Below are positions 62,071 through 64,000 of a stretch of DNA of 64,000 nucleotides, piece by piece; the first letter of the stretch is position 1; each line of letters starts with the position of its first letter. Below the pieces are notes generated by a model. It had not been told where the DNA came from. It saw nothing but the letters and a program-made list of their open reading frames with translations, and made no database searches. This DNA comes from Epiperipatus broadwayi (Eukaryota; Animalia; Onychophora): positions 2,480,001 to 2,544,000 of the forward strand of contig JAQFVV010000001.1 in assembly GCA_028023455.1 (NCBI GenBank), in the 5' to 3' direction. Made by a program: the position numbers and the translations under genes.

Positions 62071-64000
62071 AGGTTATTCATAATCTGAAAACATATATAA
62101 ACTTGAACATTACTAATTTCAACAATACATAAATGAATGGGCATTGATAAATGAAAAGAAAAATTGAATTTGCAAGTTTATTAAAAAATGATTTGTTTCG
62201 AGTCTACCTACAAACTAATTCTGAGTAATGTATTAGAATTAGAATATTCTGTGATATAATTGTAAACTTTAATATATTAACAAACAGTTGTATTCAGATA
62301 TGATGTTTAATCTACTAATGTAACATATATAAAATCAGATATTTTATTATAAGGATGAATGCTATTGTTACTAAAGAGTATTTTATATTAGAGAACAGAG
62401 ATATATAGACTTATACTATTGAAAAAAGAAACCAATTAAATGTAATACAAAGTTGTAAAAATAATAATAAAAAAAGAAAATAATTTCAAATAAAATCTTT
62501 CTTAATTGAATCATAGTTGATGAATAGTTGAATAGCTTTCAGTTAAGGTTAGCTGCAAATACACCACTTGACCAAGAGTATTTAATATTTCAATTTAAGG
62601 CTCATTGTATAAGGCAATATTAGATTCTCATCAAAAACTAGTTTAAAGTTTCAATTATAATCTTTATTGTCTTCAGTCACTTAGGTTGGTTTAAGACTCA
62701 TTATTCTGAGCATTTCAAATCAACTTTCATTTCTCTGCATTAATTATTATAATAGTATTATCTGTTTGTGGAGCATGTCTTGAAAAACCTGGGATATCAT
62801 TGCCAGGATTTATTTTTATCTATTCATTATGCTTTTTCATCCCATCTAGTATCTATATTACATTTTACCTTTCTTTTTCTAACAAATCTTTGTAAAAATA
62901 GTCTGTATTTTTTAAAAATTTTAATGCTATATATCTAAAAGACAAGGAATAAATCCTTTATGTTGCTTTTGCAAATTAAAAATAAATCCTAGATATGATA
63001 TAGAATAAAATATATTTATCTAATAACAAAATAATATATGACAATAATAATATGATTATATTTCAGCTATTGTCATATATTATTTTGCTGTTAGATAAAG
63101 ATATTTTATTCTATATTGTACCAAATAGTTTAGAAGATCTTACTTAATGTATACTACCCCACTTGGGTGATGAAGTATATTGGATTGTCTATGTTTATAT
63201 CCTAACTGGTTGTCAAACATCACTGATTATCTATATTTACCACATATCTTTTGAATGAGAGCTTAACTATAATTCTATTAGCAGTTAGTCAATGGATCCT
63301 GTGGTAATAGATTTACAATTAATGAGTGCCAGCCATTTAAATATTATGGCATTTTATCATTACATGATGATAACTCTACCCACATGGTTATTATTATATT
63401 TTCCTTTTTTAGATCTGGTATTACCCCTAGTACTAGCTCTTTAATCTTTCTTTTGATAACTAATTTTATAAATAACACATAAAATCCACTTATTTCTTCT
63501 CTTATAAGAATCTATATTTATATTGGAATGCTGGCAAGAATAACAAAGAATGGCATTTTACTAAAACTCATGATTTAATAATCATAAAAAAAAAAAAATT
63601 CAAATTAATTACAAACATATTTTTTTAAGGTTAAACCATCTCCCAATGAAATAATTAAACATTTTCTGGTACACTTAATGTATATATAATTAAATCAAAT
63701 ACAAAAAAATATCTATCTAAAAAAAATACACTGCCAAGTATTACATTCAAAGACATAAAGAAATAAAACAACAACAATAAACTAAAATAACATAATCAAA
63801 TCTTTGGTTATTGAGATCTTTTAAATAAGCAGTTCAAAGTATATACTTTTATATTTCAGTTTGCTTGAATTTTATGTTGTGTTATGTGCACACATGTATT
63901 TCTTGTCCAATTTTTTTTAATGACACAATAATGTTCCTAACAGCAATTTAATATAATAAAAAGGGTAGTCCATCTTCTTAGATCTGGTACAATTTTATAT

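Noticed and set aside
6938-62132. Remaining short F/I/L/Y/K-rich ORFs in the supplied track
   Set aside because: Their composition mirrors the AT-rich background or they are antisense to TE relics. Several start at non-ATG codons, which is not meaningful for a nuclear eukaryotic locus.
62550-63430. Possible minus-strand LINE remnant (PQG-like and YADD-like traces)
   Set aside because: The motifs are too degraded to support a call.

Overview
Very AT-rich, CpG-depleted eukaryotic DNA, most likely an invertebrate animal (species not determinable by eye). No intact protein-coding gene can be recognised. The listed ORFs are mostly broken retroelement frames or chance frames. The window holds seven RTE-type LINE relics, two L1/Tx1-type relics, a mariner relic, several Penelope-like element (PLE) fragments, degenerate tRNA-derived SINE copies, one tRNA-Gly(TCC)-like gene and two CpG-retaining promoter-like regions with unresolved candidate exons. 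The main unexplained signal is the density of minimal type I hammerhead ribozyme (HHR) motifs: about 14 copies of at least six unrelated sequence families. Most sit in fold-back or tandem inserts, and several of these are bounded by 13-15 bp direct repeats. Three cases stand out: (i) a 134-nt, almost fully structured HHR cassette whose removal restores the reading frame of the L1/Tx1 relic it interrupts (24242-24375); (ii) a tRNA-SINE head directly upstream of an HHR inside a 650-bp fold-back (46510-47160); (iii) a 449-nt HHR-to-HHR tandem unit (53250-53940). All folds and alignments were done by hand. Boundaries of degenerate elements are approximate, and ribozyme activity is inferred, not shown.
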